From Gordius albopunctatus (taxonomy: Eukaryota): 64,000 nt of DNA. The stretch is from NCBI GenBank assembly GCA_964276515.1, contig OZ193909.1, forward strand, positions 9,362,001-9,426,000, read 5' to 3'. The translations under genes were made by a program, and so were the position numbers. Numbering within the stretch: position 1 is the stretch's first letter; each line of letters opens with the position of its first letter. Of this stretch, positions 51,901 to 64,000 are shown one piece after another. The notes below the pieces were generated by a model, which had not been told where the DNA came from, ran no database searches, and was given only the letters and a program-made list of their open reading frames with translations.

Positions 51901-54900
51901 AGGACTGATCAAAAAATTTTTTTAATGAATTCACCTCTGATATTGAAAACTTTCACGAGGTCTATATACTTTAACAAAAAAAATTGACAAAAATTTTGAG
52001 GTCGAAAAAAATATTTATTTTCATATTATTTGGAAAGGTGGCTGAAAAAATGTTTAAAAGTCAGTAAATATTCTTAGCATTATGTCCTTGTTAAAATCCC
52101 GATAAGAATTTTTTCACGGGGGGAAGTTTTAGATTGAGAGAAACTAAACTTTTTATGTTGCGTTTAGATTGTTTCAAAATCGCTTTCTAAGCCTGTCTTT
52201 AGTTTTTGTGAAACAAGCTCTAGGTGATCGTGATTCAAAGTTAATAATTTTTGAGGACTGATCAAAAAATTTTTTTAACGAATTCACCTCTGATATCGAA
52301 AACTTTCATGAGGGCTATATGGTTGAACAAAAAATTTAAAAAATTTTGAGGTCGAAAAAAATATTTATTTTCATATTATTTGTAAAGGAAGCTGAAAAAA
52401 TCTTTAAAAGTCAGAAAATATTCTTAGCATTATGTCCTTGTTAAAATCCCGATAAGATTTTTCCACTGGGGGAAGTTTTAGATTGAGAGAAATTAAACTT
52501 TTCGTGTTGCGTTTAGATTGTTTCAAGATCGCTTTCTAATTTCGTCTATAGTTTTTGTGAAACAAGCTCTATGTGATCGTGATTCAAAGTTAATAATTTT
52601 TGAGGACTGATCAAAAAATTTTTTTATGGAATTCACCTCTGATATCGAAAACTTTCATGAGGGCTATATGGTTGAACAAAAAATTTAAAAAATTTTGAGG
52701 TCGAAAAAAATATTTATCTTCATATTATTTGTAAAGGAAGCTGAAAAAATCTTTAAAAGTCAGAAAATATTCTTAGCATTATGTCCTTGTTAAAATCCCG
52801 ATAAGATTTTTCCACTGTGGGAAGTTTTAGATTGAGAGAAATTAAACTTTTCGTGTTGCGTTTAGATTGTTTCAAGATCGCTTTCTAATTTCGTCTATAG
52901 TTTTTGTGAAACAAGCTCTATGTGATCGTGATTAAAAGTTAATAATTTTTGAGGACTGATCAAAAAATTTTTTTAACGAATTCACCTCTGATATCGAAAA
53001 CTTTCATGAGGGCTATATGGTTGAACAAAAAATTTAAAAAATTTTGAGGTCTAAAAAAATATTTATTTTCATATTCTTTCGAAAGGGGGCGGAAGAAATA
53101 ATTAAAAGATAGTAAATATTCTTAGCATTATGTCCTTGTTAAAATCCCGATAAGAATTTTTGCACGGGTGGAGTTTTAGATTGAGAAAAACTAAACTTTT
53201 CGTGTTGCGTTTAGATTGTTTCAAAATCGCTTTCTAATCGCGTCTCTAGTTTTTATGAAACAAGCTCTATGTGATTATGATTAAAAGTTAATAATTTTTG
53301 AGGACTGATCAAAAATTATTTTTAACGAATTCACCTCTGACATCGAAAACTTTCACGAGGGCTATATGCTCTAACAAAAAAAATTGACAAAAATTTTGAG
53401 GTCGAAAAAAATATTTATTTTCATATTATTTGGAAAGGGGGATGAAAAAATCTTTAAAAGTCAGAAAATATTCTTAGCATTATGTCCTTGTTAAAATCCC
53501 GATAAGATTTTTCCACTGGGGGAAGTTTTAGATTGAGAGAAATTAAACTTTTCGTGTTGCGTTTAGATTGTTTCAAGATCGCTTTCTAATTTCGTCTATA
53601 GTTTTTGTGAAACAAGCTCTATGTGATCGTGATTCAAAGTTAATAATTTTTGAGGACTGATCAAAAAATTTTTTTAACGAATTCACCTCTGATATCGAAA
53701 ACTTTCATGAGGGCTATATGGTTGAACAAAAAATTTAAAAAATTTTGAGGTCGAAAAAAATATTTATTTTCATATTCTTTCGAAAGGGGGCGGAAGAAAT
53801 AATTAAAAGATAGTAAATATTCTTAGCATTATGTCCTTGTTAAAATCCCGATAAGAATTTTTGCACGGGTGGAGTTTTAGATTGAGAAAAACTAAACTTT
53901 TCGTGTTACGTTTAGATTGTTTCAAAATCGCTTTCTAATCGCGTCTCTAGTTTTTATGAAACAAGCTCTATGTGATTATGATTAAAAGTTAATAATTTTT
54001 GAGGACTGATCAAAAATTATTTTTAACGAATTCACCTCTGACATCGAAAACTTTCACGAGGGCTATATGCTCTAACAAAAAAAATTGACAAAAATTTTGA
54101 GGTCGAAAAAAATATTTATTTTCATATTATTTGGAAAGGGGGATGAAAAAATCTTTAAAAGTCAATAAATATTCTTAGTATTATGTCCTTGTTAAAATCC
54201 CGATAAGAATTTTTGCACGGGGGGAAGTTTTAGATTGAGAGAAACTAAACTTTTTATGTTGCGTTTAGATTGTTTTTAAATCGCTTTCTAAGCCTGTCTT
54301 TAGTTTTTGTGAAACAAGCTCTAGGTGATCGTGATTCAAAGTTAATAAATTTTGAGGACTGATCAAAAAATTTTTTTAACGAATTCACCTCTGACATCGA
54401 AAACTTTCACGAGGGCTATATGCTCTAACAAAAAAAATTGACAAAAATTTTGAGGTCGAAAAAAATATTTATTTTCATATTATTTGGAAAGGGGGATGAA
54501 AAAATCTTTAAAAGTCAATAAATATTCTTAGTATTATGTCCTTGTTAAAATCCCGATAAGAATTTTTGCACGGGTGGAGTTTTAGATTGAGAAAAACTAA
54601 ACTTTTCGTGTTGCGTTTAGATTGTTTCAAAATCGCTTTCTAATCGCGTCTCTAGTTTTTATGAAACAAGCTCTATGTGATTATGATTAAAAGTTAATAA
54701 TTTTTGAGGACTGATCAAAAATTATTTTTAACGAATTCACCTCTGACATCGAAAACTTTCACGAGGGCTATATGCTCTAACAAAAAAAATTGACAAAAAT
54801 TTTGAGGTCGAAAAAAATATTTATTTTCATATTATTTGGAAAGGGGGATGAAAAAATGTTTAAAAGTCAGTAAATATTCTTAGCATTATGTCCTTGTTAA

Positions 54901-57900
54901 AATCCCGATAAGAATTTTTTCACGGGGGGAAGTTTTAGATTGAGAGAAACTAAACTTTTTATGTTGCGTTTAGATTGTTTTTAAATCGCTTTCTAAGCCT
55001 GTCTTTAATTTTTGTGAAACAAGCTCTAGGTGATCGTGATTCAAAGTTAATAATTTTTGAGGACTGATCAAAAAATTTTTTTAACGAATTCACCTCTGAT
55101 ATCGAAAACTTTCATGAGGGCTATATGGTTGAACAAAAAATTTAAAAAATTTTGAGGTCGAAAAAAATATTTATTTTCATATTATTTGTAAAGGAAGCTG
55201 AAAAAATCTTTAAAAGTCAGAAAATATTCTTAGCATTATGTCCTTGTTAAAATCCCGATAAGATTTTTCCACTGGGGGAAGTTTTAGATTGAGAGAAATT
55301 AAACTTTTCGTGTTGCGTTTAGATTGTTTCAAGATCGCTTTCTAATTTCGTCTATAGTTTTTGTGAAACAAGCTATATGTGATCGTGATTCAAAGTTAAT
55401 AATTTTTGAGGACTGATCAAAAATTTTTTTTAACGAATTCACCTCTGATATCGAAAACTTTCATGAGGGCTATATGGTTGAACAAAAAATTTAAAAAATT
55501 TTGAGGTCGAAAAAAATATTTATTTTCATATTCTTTCGAAAGGGGGCTGAAGAAATAATTAAAAGAGAGTAAATATTCTTAGCATTATGTCCTTGTTAAA
55601 ATCCCGATAAGATTTTTCCACTGGGGGATATTTTAGATTGAGAGAAATTAAACTTTTCGTGTTGCGTTTAGATTGTTTCAAGATCGCTTTCTAATTTCGC
55701 CTATAGTTTTTGTGAAACAAGCTATATGTGATCGTGATTCAAAGTTAATAATTTTTGAGGACTGATCAAAATTTTTTTTTAACGAATTCACCTCTGACAT
55801 CGAAAACTTTCACGAGGGCTATATGCTCTAACAAAAAAAATTGACAAAAATTTTGAGGTCGAAAAAAATATTTATTTTCATATTATTTGGAAAGGGGGAT
55901 GAAAAAATGTTTAAAAGTCAGTAAATATTCTAAGCATTATGTCCTTGTTAAAATCCCGATAAGAATTTTTTCACGGGGGGAAGTTTTAGATTGAGAGAAA
56001 CTAAACTTTTTATGTTGCGTTTAGATTGTTTCAAAATCGCTTTCTAAGCCTGTCTTTAGTTTTTGTGAAACAAGCTGTAGGTGATCGTGATTCAAAGTTA
56101 ATAATTTTTGAGGACTGATCAAAAAATTTTTTTAACGAATTCACCTCTGATATCGAAAACTTTCATGAGGGCTATATGGTTGAACAAAAAATTTAAAAAA
56201 TTTTGAGGTCGAAAAAAATATTTATTTTCATATTATTTGTAAAGGAAGCTGAAAAAATCTTTAAAAGTCAGAAAATATTCTTAGAATTATGTCCTTGTTA
56301 AAATCCCGATAAGATTTTTCCACTGGGGGAAGTTTTAGATTGAGAGAAATTAAACTTTTCGTGTTGCGTTTAGATTGTTTCAAGATCGCTTTCTAATTTC
56401 GTCTATAGTTTTTGTGAAACAAGCTCTATGTGATCGTGATTCAAAGTTAATAATTTTTGAGGACTGATCAAAAAATTTTTTTATGGAATTCACCTCTGAT
56501 ATCGAAAACTTTCATGAGGGCTATATGGTTGAACAAAAAATTTAAAAAATTTTGAGGTCGAAAAAAATATTTATTTTCATATTATTTGTAAAGGAAGCTG
56601 AAAAAATCTTTAAAAGTCAGAAAATATTCTTAGCATTATGTCCTTGTTAAAATCCCGATAAGATTTTTCCACTGGGGGAAGTTTTAGATTGAGAGAAATT
56701 AAACTTTTCGTGTTGCGTTTAGATTGTTTCAAGATCGCTTTCTAATTTCGTCTATAGTTTTTGTGAAACAAGCTCTATGTGATCGTGATTCAAAGTTAAT
56801 AATTTTTGAGGACTGATCAAAAAATTTTTTTAACGAATTCACCTCTGATATCGAAAACTTTCAAGAGGGCTATATGGTTGAACAAAAAATTTAAAAAATT
56901 TTGAGGTCGAAAAAAATATTTATTTTCATATTCTTTCGAAAGGGGGCGGAAGAAATAATTAAAAGATAGTAAATATTCTTAGCATTATGTCCTTGTTAAA
57001 ATCCCGATAAGAATTTTTGCACGGGTGGAGTTTTAGATTGAGAAAAACTAAACTTTTCGTGTTGCGTTTAGATTGTTTCAAAATCGCTTTCTAATCGCGT
57101 CTCTAGTTTTTATGAAACAAGCTCTATGTGATTATGATTAAAAGTTAATAATTTTTGAGGACTGATCAAAAATTATTTTTAACGAATTCACCTCTGACAT
57201 CGAAAACTTTCACGAGGGCTATATGCTCTAACAAAAAAAATTGACAAAAATTTTGAGGTCGAAAAAAATATTTATTTTCATATTATTTGGAAAGGGGGAT
57301 GAAAAAATGTTTAAAAGTCAGTAAATATTCTTAGCATTATGTCCTTGTTAAAATCCCGATAAGAATTTTTTCACGGGGGGAAGTTTTAGATTGAGAGAAA
57401 CTAAACTTTTTATGTTGCGTTTAGATTGTTTTTAAATCGCTTTCTAAGCCTGTCTTTAGTTTTTGTGAAACAAGCTCTAGGTGATCGTGATTCAAAGTTA
57501 ATAATTTTTGAGGACTGATCAAAAAATTTTTTTAATGAATTCACCTCTGATATTGAAAACTTTCACGAGGGCTATATACTTTAACAAAAAAAATTGACAA
57601 AAATTTTGAGGTCGAAAAAAATATTTATTTTCATATTATTTGGAAAGGTGGCTGAAAAAATGTTTAAAAGTCAGTAAATATTCTTAGCATTATGTCCTTG
57701 TTAAAATCCCGATAAGAATTTTTTCACGGGGGGAAGTTTTAGATTGAGAGAAACTAAACTTTTTATGTTGCGTTTAGATTGTTTCAAAATCGCTTTCTAA
57801 GCCTGTCTTTAGTTTTTGTGAAACAAGCTCTAGGTGATCGTGATTCAAAGTTAATAATTTTTGAGGACTGATCAAAAAATTTTTTTAACGAATTCACCTC

Positions 57901-60900
57901 TGATATCGAAAACTTTCATGAGGGCTATATGGTTGAACAAAAAATTTAAAAAATTTTGAGGTCGAAAAAAATATTTATTTTCATATTATTTGGAAAGGGG
58001 GATGAAAAAATCTTTAAAAGTCAATAAATATTCTTAGTATTATGTCCTTGTTAAAATCCCGATAAGAATTTTTGCACGGGGGGAAGTTTTAGATTGAGAG
58101 AAACTAAACTTTTTATGTTGCGTTTAGATTGTTTTTAAATCGCTTTCTAAGCCTGTCTTTAGTTTTTGTGAAACAAGCTCTAGGTGATCGTGATTCAAAG
58201 TTAATAAATTTTGAGGACTGATCAAAAAAATTTTTTAACGAATTCACCTCTGACATCGAAAACTTTCACGAGGGCTATATGCTCTAACAAAAAAAATTGA
58301 CAAAAATTTTGAGGTCGAAAAAAATATTTATTTTCATATTATTTGGAAAGGGGGATGAAAAAATCTTTAAAAGTCAATAAATATTCTTAGTATTATGTCC
58401 TTGTTAAAATCCCGATAAGAATTTTTGCACGGGTGGAGTTTTAGATTGAGAAAAACTAAACTTTTCGTGTTGCGTTTAGATTGTTTCAAAATCGCTTTCT
58501 AATCGCGTCTCTAGTTTTTATGAAACAAGCTCTATGTGATTATGATTAAAAGTTAATAATTTTTGAGGACTGATCAAAAATTATTTTTAACGAATTCACC
58601 TCTGACATCGAAAACTTTCACGAGGGCTATATGCTCTAACAAAAAAAATTGACAAAAATTTTGAGGTCGAAAAAAATATTTATTTTCATATTATTTGGAA
58701 AGGGGGATGAAAAAATCTTTAAAAGTCAGAAAATATTCTTAGAATTATGTCCTTGTTAAAATCCCGATAAGATTTTTCCACTGGGGGAAGTTTTAGATTG
58801 AGAGAAATTAAACTTTTCGTGTTGCGTTTAGATTGTTTCAAGATCGCTTTCTAATTTCGTCTATAGTTTTTGTGAAACAAGCTCTATGTGATCGTGATTC
58901 AAAGTTAATAATTTTTGAGGACTGATCAAAAAATTTTTTTATGGAATTCACCTCTGATATCGAAAACTTTCATGAGGGCTATATGGTTGAACAAAAAATT
59001 TAAAAAATTTTGAGGTCGAAAAAAATATTTATTTTCATATTATTTGTAAAGGAAGCTGAAAAAATCTTTAAAAGTCAGAAAATATTCTTAGCATTATGTC
59101 CTTGTTAAAATCCCGATAAGATTTTTCCACTGGGGGAAGTTTTAGATTGAGAGAAATTAAACTTTTCGTGTTGCGTTTAGATTGTTTCAAGATCGCTTTC
59201 TAATTTCGTCTATAGTTTTTGTGAAACAAGCTCTATGTGATCGTGATTCAAAGTTAATAATTTTTGAGGACTGATCAAAAAATTTTTTTAACGAATTCAC
59301 CTCTGATATCGAAAACTTTCAAGAGGGCTATATGGTTGAACAAAAAATTTAAAAAATTTTGAGGTCGAAAAAAATATTTATTTTCATATTCTTTCGAAAG
59401 GGGGCGGAAGAAATAATTAAAAGATAGTAAATATTCTTAGCATTATGTCCTTGTTAAAATCCCGATAAGAATTTTTGCACGGGTGGAGTTTTAGATTGAG
59501 AAAAACTAAACTTTTCGTGTTGCGTTTAGATTGTTTCAAAATCGCTTTCTAATCGCGTCTCTAGTTTTTATGAAACAAGCTCTATGTGATTATGATTAAA
59601 AGTTAATAATTTTTGAGGACTGATCAAAAATTATTTTTAACGAATTCACCTCTGACATCGAAAACTTTCACGAGGGCTATATGCTCTAACAAAAAAAATT
59701 GACAAAAATTTTGAGGTCGAAAAAAATATTTATTTTCATATTATTTGGAAAGGGGGATGAAAAAATGTTTAAAAGTCAGTAAATATTCTTAGCATTATGT
59801 CCTTGTTAAAATCCCGATAAGAATTTTTTCACTGGGGGAAGTTTTAGATTGAGAGAAACTAAACTTTTTATGTTGCGTTTAGATTGTTTTTAAATCGCTT
59901 TCTAAGCCTGTCTTTAGTTTTTGTGAAACAAGCTCTAGGTGATCGTGATTCAAAGTTAATAATTTTTGAGGACTGATCAAAAAATTTTTTTAATGAATTC
60001 ACCTCTGATATTGAAAACTTTCACGAGGGCTATATACTTTAACAAAAAAAATTGACAAAAATTTTGAGGTCGAAAAAAATATTTATTTTCATATTATTTG
60101 GAAAGGTGGGTGAAAAAATGTTTAAAAGTCAGTAAATATTCTTAGCATTATGTCCTTGTTAAAATCCCGATAAGAATTTTTTCACGGGGGGAAGTTTTAG
60201 ATTGAGAGAAACTAAACTTTTTATGTTGCGTTTAGATTGTTTCAAAATCGCTTTCTAAGCCTGTCTTTAGTTTTTGTGAAACAAGCTCTAGGTGATCGTG
60301 ATTCAAAGTTAATAATTTTTGAGGACTGATCAAAAAATTTTTTTAACGAATTCACCTCTGATATCGAAAACTTTCATGAGGGCTATATGGTTGAACAAAA
60401 AATTTAAAAAATTTTGAGGTCGAAAAAAATATTTATTTTCATATTATTTGGAAAGGGGGATGAAAAAATCTTTAAAAGTCAATAAATATTCTTAGTATTA
60501 TGTCCTTGTTAAAATCCCGATAAGAATTTTTGCACGGGGGGAAGTTTTAGATTGAGAGAAACTAAACTTTTTATGTTGCGTTTAGATTGTTTTTAAATCG
60601 CTTTCTATGCCTGTCTTTAGTTTTTGTGAAACAAGCTCTAGGTGATCGTGATTCAAAGTTAATAAATTTTGAGGACTGATCAAAAAATTTTTTTAACGAA
60701 TTCACCTCTGACATCGAAAACTTTCACGAGGGCTATATGCTCTAACAAAAAAAATTGACAAAAATTTTGAGGTCGAAAAAAATATTTATTTTCATATTAT
60801 TTGGAAAGGGGGATGAAAAAATCTTTAAAAGTCAATAAATATTCTTAGTATTATGTCCTTGTTAAAATCCCGATAAGAATTTTTGCACGGGGGGAAGTTT

Positions 60901-63900
60901 TAGATTGAGAGAAACTAAACTTTTTATGTTGCGTTTAGATTGTTTCAAAATCGCTTTCTAAGCCTGTCTTTAGTTTTTGTGAAACAAGCTCTAGGTGATC
61001 GTGATTCAAAGTTAATAATTTTTGAGGACTGATCAAAAAATTTTTTTAATGAATTCACCTCTGATATTGAAAACTTTCACGAGGGCTATATACTTTAACA
61101 AAAAAAATTGACAAAAATTTTGAGGTCGAAAAAAATATTTATTTTCATATTATTTGTAAAGGAAGCTGAAAAAATCTTTAAAAGTCAGAAAATATTCTTA
61201 GAATTATGTCCTTGTTAAAATCCCGATAAGATTTTTCCACTGGGGGAAGTTTTAGATTGAGAGAAATTAAACTTTTCGTGTTGCGTTTAGATTGTTTCAA
61301 GATCGCTTTCTAATTTCGTCTATAGTTTTTGTGAAACAAGCTCTATGTGATCGTGATTCAAAGTTAATAATTTTTGAGGACTGATCAAAAAATTTTTTTA
61401 TGGAATTCACCTCTGATATCGAAAACTTTCATGAGGGCTATATGGTTGAACAAAAAATTTAAAAAATTTTGAGGTCGAAAAAAATATTTATTTTCATATT
61501 ATTTGTAAAGGAAGCTGAAAAAATCTTTAAAAGTCAGAAAATATTCTTAGCATTATGTCCTTGTTAAAATCCCGATAAGATTTTTCCACTGGGGGAAGTT
61601 TTAGATTGAGAGAAATTAAACTTTTCGTGTTGCGTTTAGATTGTTTCAAGATCGCTTTCTAATTTCGTCTATAGTTTTTGTGAAACAAGCTCTATGTGAT
61701 CGTGATTCAAAGTTAATAATTTTTGAGGACTGATCAAAAAATTTTTTTAACGAATTCACCTCTGATATCGAAAACTTTCAAGAGGGCTATATGGTTGAAC
61801 AAAAAATTTAAAAAATTTTGAGGTCGAAAAAAATATTTATTTTCATATTCTTTCGAAAGGGGGCGGAAGAAATAATTAAAAGATAGTAAATATTCTTAGC
61901 ATTATGTCCTTGTTAAAATCCCGATAAGAATTTTTGCACGGGTGGAGTTTTAGATTGAGAAAAACTAAACTTTTCGTGTTGCGTTTAGATTGTTTCAAAA
62001 TCGCTTTCTAATCGCGTCTCTAGTTTTTATGAAACAAGCTCTATGTGATTATGATTAAAAGTTAATAATTTTTGAGGACTGATCAAAAATTATTTTTAAC
62101 GAATTCACCTCTGACATCGAAAACTTTCACGAGGGCTATATGCTCTAACAAAAAAAATTGACAAAAATTTTGAGGTCGAAAAAAATATTTATTTTCATAT
62201 TATTTGGAAAGGGGGATGAAAAAATGTTTAAAAGTCAGTAAATATTCTTAGCATTATGTCCTTGTTAAAATCCCGATAAGAATTTTTTCACGGGGGGAAG
62301 TTTTAGATTGAGAGAAACTAAACTTTTTATGTTGCGTTTAGATTGTTTTTAAATCGCTTTCTAAGCCTGTCTTTAGTTTTTGTGAAACAAGCTCTAGGTG
62401 ATCGTGATTCAAAGTTAATAATTTTTGAGGACTGATCAAAAAATTTTTTTAATGAATTCACCTCTGATATTGAAAACTTTCACGAGGGCTATATACTTTA
62501 ACAAAAAAAATTGACAAAAATTTTGAGGTCGAAAAAAATATTTATTTTCATATTATTTGGAAAGGTGGCTGAAAAAATGTTTAAAAGTCAGTAAATATTC
62601 TTAGCATTATGTCCTTGTTAAAATCCCGATAAGATTTTTCCACTGGGGGAAGTTTTAGATTGAGAGAAATTAAACTTTTCGTGTTGCGTTTAGATTGTTT
62701 CAAGATCGCTTTCTAATTTCGTCTATAGTTTTTGTGAAACAAGCTCTATGTGATCGTGATTCAAAGTTAATAATTTTTGAGGACTGATCAAAAAAATTTT
62801 TTTATGGAATTCACCTCTGATATCGAAAACTTTCATGAGGGCTATATGGTTGAACAAAAAATTTAAAAAATTTTGAGGTCGAAAAAAATATTTATTTTCA
62901 TATTATTTGTAAAGGAAGCTGAAAAAATCTTTAAAAGTCAGAAAATATTCTTAGCATTATGTCCTTGTTAAAATCCCGATAAGATATTTCCACTGGGGGA
63001 AGTTTTAGATTGAGAGAAATTAAACTTTTCGTGTTGCGTTTAGATTGTTTCAAGATCGCTTTCTAATTTCGTCTATAGTTTTTGTGAAACAAGCTCTATG
63101 TGATCGTGATTCAAAGTTAATAATTTTTGAGGACTGATCAAAAAATTTTTTTAACGAATTCACCTCTGATATCGAAAACTTTCATGAGGGCTATATGGTT
63201 GAACAAAAAATTTAAAAAATTTTGAGGTCGAAAAAAATATTTATTTTCATATTCTTTCGAAAGGGGGCGGAAGAAATAATTAAAAGATAGTAAATATTCT
63301 TAGCATTATGTCCTTGTTAAAATCCCGATAAGAATTTTTGCACGGGTGGAGTTTTAGATTGAGAAAAACTAAACTTTTCGTGTTGCGTTTAGATTGTTTC
63401 AAAATCGCTTTCTAATCGCGTCTCTAGTTTTTATGAAACAAGCTCTATGTGATTATGATTAAAAGTTAATAATTTTTGAGGACTGATCAAAAATTATTTT
63501 TAACGAATTCACCTCTGACATCGAAAACTTTCACGAGGGCTATATGCTCTAACAAAAAAAATTGACAAAAATTTTGAGGTCGAAAAAAATATTTATTTTC
63601 ATATTATTTGGAAAGGGGGATGAAAAAATCTTTAAAAGTCAATAAATATTCTTAGTATTATGTCCTTGTTAAAATCCCGATAAGAATTTTTGCACGGGGG
63701 GAAGTTTTAGATTGAGAGAAACTAAACTTTTTATGTTGCGTTTAGATTGTTTTTAAATCGCTTTCTAAGCCTGTCTTTAGTTTTTGTGAAACAAGCTCTA
63801 GGTGATCGTGATTCAAAGTTAATAATTTTTGAGGACTGATCAAAAATTATTTTTAACGAATTCACCTCTGACATCGAAAACTTTCACGAGGGCTATATGC

Positions 63901-64000
63901 TCTAACAAAAAAAATTGACAAAAATTTTGAGGTCGAAAAAAATATTTATTTTCATATTATTTGGAAAGGGGGATGAAAAAATGTTTAAAAGTCAGTAAAT
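48900..64000 (+). repeat. Satellite domain 4: variable HOR with a ~2.46-kb 7-mer unit
   Basis: Marker tttcaAgaggg at ~56861, 59319 and 61778 (2458/2459 bp apart). Marker tttatggaattc at ~49818, 52626, 56483, 58941, 61400 and 62804. Confidence 0.8.

Larger units (their letters stand above)
6852..64000 (+). repeat. AT-rich satellite DNA array, monomer ~350-354 bp, about 162 head-to-tail copies in one orientation, continuing past the window end
   Basis: The anchor cttagcatt recurs at 7202, 7556, 7910, 8260, 8612, 8962 and onward to the end. I saw no inversion or foreign insertion. Most monomers carry a GAATTC and a TGATCA site. Confidence 0.98.

Noticed and set aside
6852..64000. CRISPR array or a repeat-plus-variable-cassette system
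   Set aside because: There are no unique spacers. Whole monomers are homologous and differ by SNVs. The context is eukaryotic and no cas-like genes are present.
6852..64000. Tandem RNA-gene array (5S, tRNA, snRNA, SL RNA) or rDNA spacer
   Set aside because: I recognised no structured-RNA sequence or Pol III boxes in the monomer. An Rfam/Infernal scan would be the formal test.

Overview
Eukaryotic (animal-like), very AT-rich DNA covering a gene-to-satellite junction. Bases 1-4300 are decayed transposons: an RTE-type LINE on the minus strand (endonuclease and RT remnants), a GC-rich relic, the 5' end of a probable hAT element with a BED-finger exon, and an intact 266-bp PIF/Harbinger-type MITE with a TAA target duplication. 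Bases 4652-5217 hold the last five coding exons of a polypyrimidine tract-binding protein (PTB/PTBP/hephaestus) gene. The ORF track misses this gene because four 33-37 nt introns split it. After about 0.9 kb of degenerate satellite-related sequence, a head-to-tail ~350-354 bp satellite (about 162 monomers) runs from ~6850 to the window end. The satellite is layered into four domains with different higher-order repeat (HOR) structures. I found no convincing new protein-coding system. The most interesting signals are the micro-intron PTB gene next to the array and the internal architecture and history of the satellite. All alignments were done by eye, so counts and domain boundaries are approximate.
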